This document shows positions 36,183 through 46,180 of a stretch of DNA of 64,000 nt, piece by piece (the stretch's first letter is position 1; each line of letters begins with the position of its first letter). The position numbers and the translations under genes were made by a program. The stretch is from Candidatus Nomurabacteria bacterium (GTDB lineage Bacteria; Patescibacteriota; Minisyncoccia; Phycocordibacterales; UBA5272). The notes under the pieces were generated by a model that was not told the origin of the DNA, did not search any database, and saw only the letters and a program-made list of their open reading frames with translations. Location: positions 176,182 to 240,181 of the forward strand of contig JBAXSC010000001.1 of the NCBI GenBank assembly GCA_037130925.1, in the 5' to 3' direction.

Positions 36183-38186
36183 TTTATATATACTCACAGG
36201 ATCAACTTCTAATTTAAAGCTCGTTAATAATTGATTCATTTTTTTAGCTAGATTTGTCGGATAAATTTTATTATCTTCCTCATATTCCCAGAATTCTTTT
36301 TTAATCATAATCATAGCAACATAATTTTTCGTAGTTTTTTCTTTCCACCAACTAATATTTTCTTTTTCCAATTTTTCTTCTTTAAAGATTTTTTCTATCA
36401 GATTTTCTATATCATTTTTTATTTTCAATTCTTTTTCTAAAAGTCTAAATTTTAATATTTTTTTAAACGGAGGAAGATCTAAAGCTTTTCTAGTATTAAT
36501 TTCATCTTCTAAAAATTTCTTATAATCATTTTCTTTCACATATTGCCATACATTCGCATCTGCTAATCTTGTCTGTATTAAAATATTTTCTTTAGTATTA
36601 CATTTTTCTTTTATTTCTAAAATGAGATTTAAAATTTTTTCATCTATATTCATTTCTGGAATTGAAAATAAAGTATCTAAAGAAATAATAGAAGCTAAAT
36701 CTATTTCTAGATTTTTTGAAAAAGAAGTTATAGCTAAATCTGTCCCAATGAGCACAGAAAGTTCTTCTTTTTGCCATTCTTTTATTATATCTTTAACTTG
36801 TTTATTGGTTTTTGCATTTTTTGAATCTAAAATAAAAGTTTTCCAGCCAATTTCTTTTAAGCTTTCTTCTATTCCTTCTACACCGATACCAATTGGACTC
36901 ATTCTCCAGCTTCCACAGTTTTTACAAAGCAAATTCTCTCTTTTCTCTAATTCAATTTTATTTTTACATCCTACACAGACGTATTCTCTGGTATTATTGT
37001 CTTTATCTTTAAATAAGACAAAAGGTTTGTCACATTTTTCACATTTTAAAATAGAATTACAATCCTGACAGATTGTCTCAGCTGACATTCCTTTTCTTTT
37101 TGTATAGAGAAATACTTTTCCAGATTTTTTTTCTCTTAAATTTTCTAATTTAAATATTAATTCTTTACTAAAATATACATTACTATATTTATAATACTTT
37201 TCTTCAGATTCGTCTGATATTTTAATAATTCTTTTTTCTAAATCTATTTTTTTTCTGCTTTCTTTTTCTTTAATCATGTCTATGATTTTTATTTTTGCGT
37301 GTTTTTTAGACTCTGATTCTATTATTTTATTTTTATTTAATTCATTAAAAGATTCTAAAGATAATATTCCTCCACTTAATAACAAATCTAAATTTAAATT
37401 CTTTGTTAAAGCTTTGATTATTTTTCTTCCATCAATTTGTTTCCTGGCACTGTGTGTAAAATAATTATAAGAGCTTTCTTTTTCTATAATTACTTTTGTT
37501 AAATTAATTTTATCTACCAAAATAAAAGGTAATAATGAAGTAGTTGATAAAATTAAAAAAGTTTTTCCATTATGAAGTTTTTTTATGTTTTCTTTTTGAT
37601 CTTTTTTTGTTTGTTGAGAGTTGAAAGATATTAAAAATTCTTTAAAATCTTCAGTTAATTCTTTTTTGAGATTTTCTAAATCATTTATAGTTGGGAAAAA
37701 TATCACAACAGATTCATTATTTTTTAATTTTTTTACTATTTCTTTTTTATAATAATCAATTCTTTCTGAAATCGGTAATAATAAAGCTTTGGTTTTGTTA
37801 TTTGTTTTAATATTCTCAAATTGTTCTATTTTCTTTTCTAAATAAATCAAAGGGGATTCGAAAATAAATTTCGGTATAAAATTTTCCAAGATATCACTTT
37901 CTCTAACTCCTGTTAAAAGGGAAATATCTTTTAATGCGTCAAATGATGTCTCAAACATAAAATTATCTGAAACTATTCTTTCTATTTTCTTTAATACAAA
38001 GCTTTGAGATTTTAAAGTCATTTTTTCATTTTTAGCATTTATGACATTTGTGACTATTCCAAAAATTTTGCGATTTCTGACTTTTATTTCGACTAGAGTA
38101 CCAATTATAACTTTGTCTTTAGAAAAGTAAGAGAAGTAGTTTTCTGGCAGTCCTGTAGCAATTGGTGAGACTTGGAGGATATACAT
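36180..38186 (-). CDS. priA: primosomal protein N' (PriA)-like; helicase Walker A apparently degenerate
   Basis: N-terminal 3'-DNA-binding domain (…GTLVEIKVRNRKIFGIV…) and PriA-type Cys cluster CQDC…CEKC…CVGC…CKNCGSW. Expected GSGKT region reads NNKTK. Confidence 0.65.
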   Translation of the reverse strand: MYILQVSPIATGLPENYFSYFSKDKVIIGTLVEIKVRNRKIFGIVTNVINAKNEKMTLKSQSFVLKKIERIVSDNFMFETSFDALKDISLLTGVRESDILENFIPKFIFESPLIYLEKKIEQFENIKTNNKTKALLLPISERIDYYKKEIVKKLKNNESVVIFFPTINDLENLKKELTEDFKEFLISFNSQQTKKDQKENIKKLHNGKTFLILSTTSLLPFILVDKINLTKVIIEKESSYNYFTHSARKQIDGRKIIKALTKNLNLDLLLSGGILSLESFNELNKNKIIESESKKHAKIKIIDMIKEKESRKKIDLEKRIIKISDESEEKYYKYSNVYFSKELIFKLENLREKKSGKVFLYTKRKGMSAETICQDCNSILKCEKCDKPFVLFKDKDNNTREYVCVGCKNKIELEKRENLLCKNCGSWRMSPIGIGVEGIEESLKEIGWKTFILDSKNAKTNKQVKDIIKEWQKEELSVLIGTDLAITSFSKNLEIDLASIISLDTLFSIPEMNIDEKILNLILEIKEKCNTKENILIQTRLADANVWQYVKENDYKKFLEDEINTRKALDLPPFKKILKFRLLEKELKIKNDIENLIEKIFKEEKLEKENISWWKEKTTKNYVAMIMIKKEFWEYEEDNKIYPTNLAKKMNQLLTSFKLEVDPVSIYK

Positions 38187-38391
38187 ATTTTATTGAATTA
38201 TATAATAAAATCAGAAAATAAAGAATCTATTTTGATGAATAATCTGAGTTTGTCAATTAAATTTTATTCTGCAATGAAATTTTATTTCCGCTATATTGCT
38301 TTCCTATTTTGCTTTAGAGTATAATTGATATATAAAAAATTGTGAGTGAAAATAAGTTTGTTTTTATTAATTTTTTAATCAAATTAAAAGT

Positions 38392-38589
38392 ATGACACCA
38401 GAAAATCAAGAAAACCAAATAGTAGAAAATTTATCAGAATCTACAGAAATTCTTAAAACAGATATTTCTTCACTTACAAATCTCGAAAAAGAAAGATTTT
38501 CAAGTCTCAATTTAAATGAATTTTTAAATATTTATAACATAGTTTCAAACGCCGCATTTAAATATTCAAATCAAAGTAAAATAAAATAA
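38392..38589 (+). CDS. hypothetical small protein
   Basis: 65-aa ORF. Confidence 0.3.
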   Translation: MTPENQENQIVENLSESTEILKTDISSLTNLEKERFSSLNLNEFLNIYNIVSNAAFKYSNQSKIK

Positions 38590-38618
38590 TCTTCACATAC
38601 TAGAAGATTATTTTTTAT
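38588..38618 (+). terminator. rho-independent terminator
   Basis: AATCTTC-acatact-AGAAGATT followed by ATTTTTTATT. Confidence 0.6.
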
Positions 38619-38718
38619 TGTGGATAAAATTTAGTTTTATCTTTTTATGCGTGATAGAATAACTAAGTAATAAAAGCTACAGTTTTCTTATTTAAAAACA
38701 AAAATAATTATTAAAAAT

Positions 38719-39030
38719 ATGGATTACGACAATCAAGAAGACCAAGATCTTAATATTAAGATCAAAAATATTTTACACAAGTCAAATCTCTCTTTTGATG
38801 AGACTCGTGCATTTTTTGACGGATTGCAATATTTGCCTATTGAAGACAAAAAGCAATTTATAGAAATGATTAATCAGGATCCTGAGCTTATTTATCCTCT
38901 TTATATTAATTTCAAAGCTAAATTAAAAGCTTTAGAAGAAGATAGTACCGGCAGATCTTGGGATCAAATTGTAGAAGATGAAATTAAACAATTAGAACAA
39001 TATTTGAACAACAAAGGTATTAGTAATTAA
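38719..39030 (+). CDS. hypothetical protein
   Basis: 103-aa acidic ORF. Confidence 0.35.
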   Translation: MDYDNQEDQDLNIKIKNILHKSNLSFDETRAFFDGLQYLPIEDKKQFIEMINQDPELIYPLYINFKAKLKALEEDSTGRSWDQIVEDEIKQLEQYLNNKGISN

Positions 39031-39034
39031 AGTT

Positions 39035-39229
39035 ATGCATCATTTAGCGAAGATTTTTGTAATTATCGGCGGTCTTAATTTAGGTATTTTAGGTGTTGGA
39101 AAACTTATTGGAACTAAAAACGATTTAAATATGATCGAATTATTTCATTCTTTTTATCCTTTACTTCCAACAATACTTTATTTAATAATAGGCTTAGCCG
39201 CCATTGTTTTAATTTTTAAAAGATATTAA
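39035..39229 (+). CDS. DUF378-family small membrane protein
   Basis: …FVIIGGLNLGILGVGKLIG…YLIIGLAAIVLIF matches the DUF378 (YuzA-like) pattern. Confidence 0.6.
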   Translation: MHHLAKIFVIIGGLNLGILGVGKLIGTKNDLNMIELFHSFYPLLPTILYLIIGLAAIVLIFKRY

Positions 39230-39239
39230 TATTTAATAT

Positions 39240-39926
39240 ATGTTTCTTTTTGATTTTTCTAGTATTGGTCAGCCAGCCAAGACATTTTTAAGATTAATAA
39301 TATTTGTTATTATTATGGCTATTTTTTCTTTTGCTTCAGCAGAATATGCATATTATTTTGGAGATATTTTTCCTAAAAGTGAGATAGCTATTCAAAATGA
39401 AGTTGATCAAAAATTTTTGTCTTCTCTTAATTTTGAATATAAAATAGTAAAAGTCGTGGACGGAGATACTTTAGATATAGAAAGAATAGATGGAGAAAAG
39501 GTTTTAGGAATAAAAGATACAGAAAGTGTCAGATTATTAGGAATTAATACTCCAGAAACTGTTGATCCGAGAAAGCCTGTAGAATGTTTTGGAAAAGAGT
39601 CTAGTAACTATTTAAAAAATATAGCCAGTGGTAGAGATGTGGCTATAGAATTAGACTCAACACAAGGCAATCTGGATAGGTATGGGAGGGTTTTGGCTTA
39701 TGTTTATATTAAAAAAGAAGGTGTAAAAGATCAAAATATTTTCATGTTAAATAGTGATATGATTAAAAATGGATATGCTTATGAATATACTTATGAATTG
39801 CCTTATAAATATAAAGATGAATTTAAAATGTTAGAAACGGTTTCTAAAAATAATCATATTGGTCTTTGGTCTCCAAAAACATGCAATGGTTTAAAAACGC
39901 CAGTAGCTATATCTCCAACAAATTAA
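39240..39926 (+). CDS. thermonuclease (staphylococcal nuclease, SNase-like) with N-terminal anchor
   Basis: …VKVVDGDTLDIER…VRLLGINTPET…RYGRVLAYVYI… SNase core. Confidence 0.75.
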   Translation: MFLFDFSSIGQPAKTFLRLIIFVIIMAIFSFASAEYAYYFGDIFPKSEIAIQNEVDQKFLSSLNFEYKIVKVVDGDTLDIERIDGEKVLGIKDTESVRLLGINTPETVDPRKPVECFGKESSNYLKNIASGRDVAIELDSTQGNLDRYGRVLAYVYIKKEGVKDQNIFMLNSDMIKNGYAYEYTYELPYKYKDEFKMLETVSKNNHIGLWSPKTCNGLKTPVAISPTN

Positions 39927-39933
39927 TAAACTT

Positions 39934-40665
39934 ATGAGTGATTTTTTTAAAAAAGTATTTTATACAGGATTTAAAATTTTAATAGCAATAGCTATTGTTT
40001 GGATAATATATTTTTTATTTGCTTTTCTTAGTCCAAATTCTATAGATAAAAACAATACGTCTAAAAATACAAATTCAACAACTTCTACTGTTGTTGTGCA
40101 AAAAGATAATAGAAGTTTGGGTTATAGAATATATGATGCATTATTTAATAATAGTTCTAAAAAAGATAATTCAGCAGCTGCTTCTTCGTCTACAGTAAAG
40201 AAAATTTCAAAATGGGGTAGCAATGACGCAAGTACTACTTATGTGTGGGGCAGTGGTAATTCAAGCCAAGTTTTTGGTGGTAGAAATATTTTCGGAGGTC
40301 ATACTATCCTTATTCCAAATATAGATAAATCTCCTGTTCAAAACATGATGATAAACAATTTTAATGTTAATTATTTTTCTCAAAATGACCTAGTTAACAA
40401 TGATTATATATCTGGTTTAATATATTCCGGATTTCAAAGTGAATATTTTTTCTATATAGATTTATATAATAAAGATGAAAAATTAGTTTTTTCTATACCT
40501 GCATATTCAGCTGTCGATTTAAAGAATAAAGGTTTTTATAATTTTCACGCTACATATAAAGATGGTTGGAATTTTTCTAAATACAAAGGAGAAGGTTATT
40601 TAGTTATCCATACAAATAATCCCGATGTTAATGGGGTTCTTGTATTAAAAGTTAATATTAAATAA
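39934..40665 (+). CDS. hypothetical secreted/anchored protein
   Basis: N-terminal TM or signal, Ser/Asn-rich. 243 aa. Confidence 0.4.
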   Translation: MSDFFKKVFYTGFKILIAIAIVWIIYFLFAFLSPNSIDKNNTSKNTNSTTSTVVVQKDNRSLGYRIYDALFNNSSKKDNSAAASSSTVKKISKWGSNDASTTYVWGSGNSSQVFGGRNIFGGHTILIPNIDKSPVQNMMINNFNVNYFSQNDLVNNDYISGLIYSGFQSEYFFYIDLYNKDEKLVFSIPAYSAVDLKNKGFYNFHATYKDGWNFSKYKGEGYLVIHTNNPDVNGVLVLKVNIK

Positions 40666-40668
40666 TTT

Positions 40669-41130
40669 TTAATATTCTTTTTTAATTTCTTTCTCTAACT
40701 TTTCTATTTCTAAAGAAATTAAAGCATGTTCTTCATCATATCTATCCCTTTCTTCTCCTGTCTCATAAAGCTCTTTTCTTAAATCAGACATATCTTTACC
40801 AGAGCCATCTAATCTGTCATATTCTTTACTCAAGCTTTCATGTTCAGAAATAGATCTATTTAAATTATTTTCTAATTCTTTTGCTTCATTTTTTAAATTT
40901 TCAAGTTTTTTTGTTTTTTCTTTTTTATTTAATTCAAATATTTTTTCATCAAGCTCTTCTTCTTTATTTAAAAATCTTAAAGCAAGACCACTCATTGAGC
41001 TCTCAGTAATCTTTTTGTTTCTATAGGAATTTATTTCTTCTTTTATAGATAAAAGAGTCTCAAGACTAAGTTCTTGATCCGATTTTATATTTAGATCTTT
41101 CTTTGGGTTATTGTCAGATTCTAAAGTCAT
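40669..41130 (-). CDS. hypothetical coiled-coil protein
   Basis: 153 aa, E/K-rich heptad-like. Confidence 0.4.
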   Translation of the reverse strand: MTLESDNNPKKDLNIKSDQELSLETLLSIKEEINSYRNKKITESSMSGLALRFLNKEEELDEKIFELNKKEKTKKLENLKNEAKELENNLNRSISEHESLSKEYDRLDGSGKDMSDLRKELYETGEERDRYDEEHALISLEIEKLEKEIKKEY

Positions 41131-41145
41131 ATATATAAGAATAAA

Positions 41146-41592
41146 TTATTTAACTAATTCATCAATTACTTCTTTTACAAGTGATCCGTCAGCGTTGCTT
41201 CCTAATTCTTTTAACATTGTTCCTACGAATTGTCCTTTTTTAGTTGGATCAATTGGAGATTCTGCTAATTTCGCTGAGATTTTTGTAACTATTTCTTCAC
41301 GAGACATTTGTGCTGGTAAGAATTCTTCAAGTACAACCATTTCTGCAGTTTCTGATTCTGCTAATTCTGGTCTTCCGGCTGTAGTAAATTGATCTATTGA
41401 ATCTTTTCTCTTTTTAACTTCTTTTTTAATAACTTTTATTGCTTCATCATCTGTTAAAAGATCAGTAGGCATTTTGCCTATCGATACTAATTCGTTAGTA
41501 AAAGCTGCAGAGAGCATACGAAGAACACCTAATCTGTCCATTTCTTTAGCTATCATTGCTTTTTTAATTTCTGCTTTTATGTTTTCTTGCAT
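41146..41592 (-). CDS. GatB/YqeY-domain protein
   Basis: …LGVLRMLSAAFTNE…GQFVGTMLKELGSNADGSLVKEVI… YqeY signature. Confidence 0.8.
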   Translation of the reverse strand: MQENIKAEIKKAMIAKEMDRLGVLRMLSAAFTNELVSIGKMPTDLLTDDEAIKVIKKEVKKRKDSIDQFTTAGRPELAESETAEMVVLEEFLPAQMSREEIVTKISAKLAESPIDPTKKGQFVGTMLKELGSNADGSLVKEVIDELVK

Positions 41593-41713
41593 AGATTTGT
41601 TATTTGATTATTTTTGAATTATATCATAAAAGCTTTTAACTATAAATTCTTTTATTTATATTGACTAGCGTTTAATTGTATTTTGTGGTAAAATGGTTTT
41701 TATATATACAATT

Positions 41714-42736
41714 ATGTTAATAGATCATGTAATCTTAAGAGTTAAAGCTGGTGATGGAGGAACAGGCGTCGTAAGATGGCGTAGAGAAAAAGGAATTCCT
41801 TATGGAGGGCCAGCTGGTGGTGATGGAGGAAACGGCGGAGATGTTTATCTTCGTGTTGTTCAGGATATCCAAGCGTTGGATGATTATAAGAATAAAAAAG
41901 ATTGGGCTGGACCAAATGGCGAAGCTGGAAAGAAAAGAAGTATGTTTGGTGCAGATGCTGAGGATATGTATTTAAATATTCCTGTAGGATCAACTGTTTA
42001 TAATAAGACATACAACATTAAATATGAATGCAATAAAGTCGGTGAAGATATTTTAATATTACACGGAGGAAAAGGTGGACTTGGAAATGAGAATTTTAAA
42101 ACTTCTACAAATCGTGCCCCAGAAGAATTTACAAAAGGCACAAGAGGTGAAGATGCTGAATTTGAAATTGAATTAAAATTGATCGCTGATGCTGGATTTG
42201 TAGGCCTCCCAAGTGCCGGAAAAAGCTCTCTATTAAACGCGGTGACAAATACTAATGCGAAAGTGGGAAGCTATGCTTTTACGACTCTAGAGCCAAATTT
42301 AGGAGCTTTTAGAAAATTTATTTTAGCTGACATTCCAGGACTTATTGAAGGAGCTAGTGAAGGAAAAGGTTTGGGGCATAAATTCTTAAAACATATTGCT
42401 CGTACAAAAATTCTTTTTCATTTAGTTGCTGCAAGCGAGACTGATGTCACAACTTCATACAAAACTATTCGTAATGAATTAAAAGCTTTTGATAAACAAA
42501 ATATTGATAATGATCTTGTTTTAGATAAAAATAATTTACTTTCTAACAAAAAAGAAGTTATTATACTTTCAAAAGTAGACGAAATTACAGATCAAAAAGA
42601 ATTAACTAAAAAGATAGCAGATCTAGCCAAGGTTTCTAAACAAAAGAAAGAAGATATTATTTTAATCTCATTATTTGATGATAAAAGTGTTAAAGATTTC
42701 GAAAAGAAATTGGAAAGTATCTTAAAAGGGGAATAA
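41714..42736 (+). CDS. obg: GTPase Obg/CgtA
   Basis: MLIDHVILRVKAGDGGTGVVRWRREKGIPYGGPAGGDGGNGGDV… followed by G1-G4 GTPase motifs (GLPSAGKSSL, DIPGLIEGA). Confidence 0.9.
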   Translation: MLIDHVILRVKAGDGGTGVVRWRREKGIPYGGPAGGDGGNGGDVYLRVVQDIQALDDYKNKKDWAGPNGEAGKKRSMFGADAEDMYLNIPVGSTVYNKTYNIKYECNKVGEDILILHGGKGGLGNENFKTSTNRAPEEFTKGTRGEDAEFEIELKLIADAGFVGLPSAGKSSLLNAVTNTNAKVGSYAFTTLEPNLGAFRKFILADIPGLIEGASEGKGLGHKFLKHIARTKILFHLVAASETDVTTSYKTIRNELKAFDKQNIDNDLVLDKNNLLSNKKEVIILSKVDEITDQKELTKKIADLAKVSKQKKEDIILISLFDDKSVKDFEKKLESILKGE

Positions 42737-42786
42737 TATTAAAAACCTATCAATAAAATGATAGGTTTTTAATTATTTATTACATA

Positions 42787-42815
42787 TTGACAAATAAATT
42801 AACTATAATATACTT
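42787..42815 (+). promoter_or_regulatory. TTGACAAAT promoter-leader module (copy P4a)
   Basis: Aligns with 43146-43217, including the ATGT start context. Confidence 0.4.
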
Positions 42816-42854
42816 ATTAAGTTAAAATTCTTTTTTAATTTTAAAAACGTTCGT

Positions 42855-43085
42855 ATGTGTGATAAAAATTGCGGTATGTGTATTTATTTTAAATATACAA
42901 CTAAAGGGAATTGGGTTAAAAGTGGAATATGTAGTCCTCAATCTGGAACAAAATTCAATAAAGATTTCTTTGATGAAAGTTGTAGTGAATTTTCTCCAAG
43001 ATTAACTTCTGATAATGATGACGATGATGATTTTTCCACAAGAGAAGCCTGGTCTATATATTCTTCTTCTTTAAGAAGTATTTAG
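42855..43085 (+). CDS. hypothetical Cys-rich protein with poly-Asp C-terminal tract
   Basis: 76 aa, CxxC pairs, DNDDDDDF. Confidence 0.4.
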   Translation: MCDKNCGMCIYFKYTTKGNWVKSGICSPQSGTKFNKDFFDESCSEFSPRLTSDNDDDDDFSTREAWSIYSSSLRSI

Positions 43086-43145
43086 AGTTTATTAAAATGT
43101 GTACAATTTAATTATTGTATGCATTTTTTGTTTATTTTTATCTAT

Positions 43146-43173
43146 ATTGACAAATAATTTAATTATATTATAT
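43146..43173 (+). promoter_or_regulatory. sigma70 promoter TTGACA-N16-TATATT (copy P4b)
   Basis: Paralogous to 42787. Confidence 0.45.
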
Positions 43174-43217
43174 TTAAATAGTTAAATTATTTTTTAAAAA
43201 ATTAAATCGTTCTTTTT

Positions 43218-43577
43218 ATGTACAAACTTTCATCTATATTTTCCAGTATACTACTTTTTAGTATTTTTTTAATTCTTTATTTGTGTTATTTAGATATTGA
43301 AAATAAGAATATTTTTATTTGTATATTTTTATTGCTTTGCTTAGTATTTTTTTTATTAAAAATAATTTATTCTTTTGTTGGATTTTTTAATCCAAATATT
43401 GGACTAATTAAAAAAGTAAAGGAAGAAATTGATTTTGATGAAGATTACTTAAGGTTTACTAAATTTGCACTAGAAGATAGAAATTGGAATCCTGAAGAAA
43501 TAAAAAGAGAACTTAATATTCAAAAAGGAAAACTTGAAAAGAAAAAAAGATTATTGGTAGTATTAAAAATGAAATAA
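43218..43577 (+). CDS. hypothetical membrane protein (2 TM) with K/E-rich tail
   Basis: 119-aa ORF. Confidence 0.4.
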   Translation: MYKLSSIFSSILLFSIFLILYLCYLDIENKNIFICIFLLLCLVFFLLKIIYSFVGFFNPNIGLIKKVKEEIDFDEDYLRFTKFALEDRNWNPEEIKRELNIQKGKLEKKKRLLVVLKMK

Positions 43578-43601
43578 AAATTATTTTCATTTCTAATAAA
43601 A

Positions 43602-43637
43602 AGCCATCATGTTGATAAGACTGATGGTTTTTTTATA
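43602..43637. terminator. bidirectional terminator
   Basis: AGCCATCA…TGATGGTT stem followed by TTTTTTTAT. Confidence 0.6.
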
Positions 43638-43639
43638 TT

Positions 43640-45145
43640 TTATTTCAATTTTTCTTTAATTATTTCACTAAATAATTGAGGATTACCAGAACCTTTTGCT
43701 TCTTTCATTGCTTGTCCAACGAAAAACATAATTAATTTCTCATTTCCATTTGCAAATTGCTCTTTTAATTCATTCCACTGTTTTTCATTATTTGAAATAG
43801 CTGTATCAATTATTTTTTCAAGACTTTCTTTATCATTTTTCTGAATAAGTCCTTTCATGTCAGCAATTTCTCTGACTGACAATTCGTTTTCTGTCATCTC
43901 GAGCATATTATCAAAAGCCATTTCTGTCATCATAAATAGAATTAAATCTTTTGCTCCACGACTTGATAATTCATTAGTTATGAGCATGCTCATAATTTCT
44001 ATAAAGTCAGCTTCATCTACAAAATGAACCAATTTTTCTTTTTCTTCTTTTTGTAAAATTGAAGCAACATCAACACAGATATAATTCACAGATAATTTGA
44101 TTATATTTTTCTTTTTTTCTAAATCAAAATCATGTGTATTGATCTCTTTATTTACTTCGTTAAAGTATTTTGAAAGAGTTAAATTATTTAAAAGTAATTC
44201 TATATATTCTTCTTTTATATCAGCTTCTCTCAATTTATTTCTCTGTACATCAATATTTTCTGGAAGATTATTTTTTATTTCTTCTAAATTAAATAGAGAA
44301 TGTAAATATAATTTTGGTAAATCTGGATCAGGGAAATATTTATAATCCGCAGAAGATTCTTTTTTTCTTTGTGATACTGTCACTCTTTTATTTTCTTCAA
44401 ATCCACGAGTTTCTTGAACTATTTCATCTCCTTTTCCTGCTTCTAATAATTCAATATGTCTCTTTGCTTCATATCTCACAGAGTCTTCAACAGATTTAAA
44501 TGAGTTGATGTTTTTTACTTCAACTTTTGTTCCGTAAACATTTTTATCTTTTGTTACAGAAAGATTTACTTCAATACGCATTTGTCCTTTACTCATTTCC
44601 GCTTCACTAGCATCGAGAGTTCTTAAAATTAATTGTAATTCTTTTGCAAAGTCACTACTTACTTTCGCAGCAGTTTCAATATCGTCATAAGTCACAGCTT
44701 CAGTCACTAATTCCATCAAAGGAACTCCGGCTCTATTAAAATCTATTAAAGTATGATCTCCTTGATCATGAGTTGATTTAGCAGTGTCTTCTTCTAAATG
44801 AATACGAGTCAAAGGAATATTATTAATAGTTCCTCCTGATACTACTGGATATTTGTATTGAGTGAGCTGATAAGCTTTTGGCATATCAGGATAAAAATAA
44901 TGCTTTCTATCCCATTCTGTAAAATCAGCAATATCAGATCCAATATAAAGACCTATCTCTATCATTTTTTTAATAGCTTCTTTGTTTAAAGTTGGAAGAG
45001 TTCCAGGATGAGCCATGCAAACAGGGCAGACATTTTTATTTGGAGAGTCTTCGAGTGGTACATTTGCACAAGAGCAGAACATTTTACTCTTTGTTTTTAA
45101 TTCTGCATGAATCTCAAGCCCAATAGTTATATAGTATTTTTCCAT
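43640..45145 (-). CDS. gatB: Asp-tRNA(Asn)/Glu-tRNA(Gln) amidotransferase subunit B
   Basis: MEKYYITIGLEIHAEL…FCSC…HPGTLPTLN… GatB N-terminal signature plus C-terminal YqeY-like tail. Confidence 0.9.
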   Translation of the reverse strand: MEKYYITIGLEIHAELKTKSKMFCSCANVPLEDSPNKNVCPVCMAHPGTLPTLNKEAIKKMIEIGLYIGSDIADFTEWDRKHYFYPDMPKAYQLTQYKYPVVSGGTINNIPLTRIHLEEDTAKSTHDQGDHTLIDFNRAGVPLMELVTEAVTYDDIETAAKVSSDFAKELQLILRTLDASEAEMSKGQMRIEVNLSVTKDKNVYGTKVEVKNINSFKSVEDSVRYEAKRHIELLEAGKGDEIVQETRGFEENKRVTVSQRKKESSADYKYFPDPDLPKLYLHSLFNLEEIKNNLPENIDVQRNKLREADIKEEYIELLLNNLTLSKYFNEVNKEINTHDFDLEKKKNIIKLSVNYICVDVASILQKEEKEKLVHFVDEADFIEIMSMLITNELSSRGAKDLILFMMTEMAFDNMLEMTENELSVREIADMKGLIQKNDKESLEKIIDTAISNNEKQWNELKEQFANGNEKLIMFFVGQAMKEAKGSGNPQLFSEIIKEKLK

Positions 45146-45149
45146 AAAA

Positions 45150-46061
45150 TTATTTTGACATTATAACATTTTTGTATCTTTTATTCCAAAGTATTTGTCT
45201 TTTTGCAAATTGCCAGATTTTATTTTGTAAATTTTCTACCATTTCATCATAAGATAATTCTTCTCTCAAGTACATTGTCACATATTTGTATTCTAGACCG
45301 AGTGAAAGTAGCCATTCATCAGAAACTTTTAATTTATTTCTTAAGAATTTAATTTCATTTACGAGACTATTTTTTCCTTTTGCCTCAAGTCTTCTTTTTA
45401 ATCTTAAATTTATTCTTTCTCTCAATTCTTCTTTGCTTTTATTTGTAACTACAAATTCAATTTCGTATTTAGGAATTTTATTTAATTCTGAGATTTCTAT
45501 TATTTCATTTTCTGATTTTTTACTTTCTAAAATCTCTATTATTCTTATTAATCTTCTTTTATTATTTCTTTCACTTGGATTTTCATTTTTTGTTAATTCT
45601 ATCCATTTATCTTTATTTAGTTTTTTAATTTGTTTTAAAAGATTTTCAAGAGTTTCATTTTCTAATTCTTTACGGAGTAGAGGATTTGGTTTTGCGTTTT
45701 TTGGAATTCCGTAAATTATAGAATCAATATAAAATCCAGTTCCACCACAAATTATTGGAGTTTTATTTTTAGCTAAAATTTCTTTGATTGCTTTATTTGC
45801 GAATTTTAAATAATCAGTCACAGTTTTTGTTTTTCCTGGTTCAAAAATATCAAGACAATAATGAGGAACTCTTTTCATTTCTACTTTTGTAATTTTTCCA
45901 GATCCAATATCTAAATATTTATAAATCTGACGAGAATCAGCAGAAATTATTTCTCCTTTTACTCTTTTAGCTATTTCCACAGCGAGATCACTCTTTCCGC
46001 TAGCTGTCGGTCCAACGACCACAATGATTTTTGGTAAAGTTTTTTTATTTCCTTTTTTCAT
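45150..46061 (-). CDS. miaA: tRNA dimethylallyltransferase
   Basis: P-loop VVVGPTASGKSDLAVEIAKR and DSRQIYK motif. Confidence 0.9.
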   Translation of the reverse strand: MKKGNKKTLPKIIVVVGPTASGKSDLAVEIAKRVKGEIISADSRQIYKYLDIGSGKITKVEMKRVPHYCLDIFEPGKTKTVTDYLKFANKAIKEILAKNKTPIICGGTGFYIDSIIYGIPKNAKPNPLLRKELENETLENLLKQIKKLNKDKWIELTKNENPSERNNKRRLIRIIEILESKKSENEIIEISELNKIPKYEIEFVVTNKSKEELRERINLRLKRRLEAKGKNSLVNEIKFLRNKLKVSDEWLLSLGLEYKYVTMYLREELSYDEMVENLQNKIWQFAKRQILWNKRYKNVIMSK

Positions 46062-46111
46062 AAAATGAATAATAACATGAAAGTGATTGATTAATAAAGA
46101 TTTTTATAGTA

Positions 46112-46139
46112 TTGACAAATTTATATTTAGGTATATAAT
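46112..46139 (+). promoter_or_regulatory. consensus sigma70 promoter TTGACA-N16-TATAAT
   Basis: TTGACAAAT 46112-46120, TATAAT 46134-46139. Confidence 0.65.
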
Positions 46140-46180
46140 ATATAAGGATTAAATTTTTAAAACATATAAAATCATTTTAA

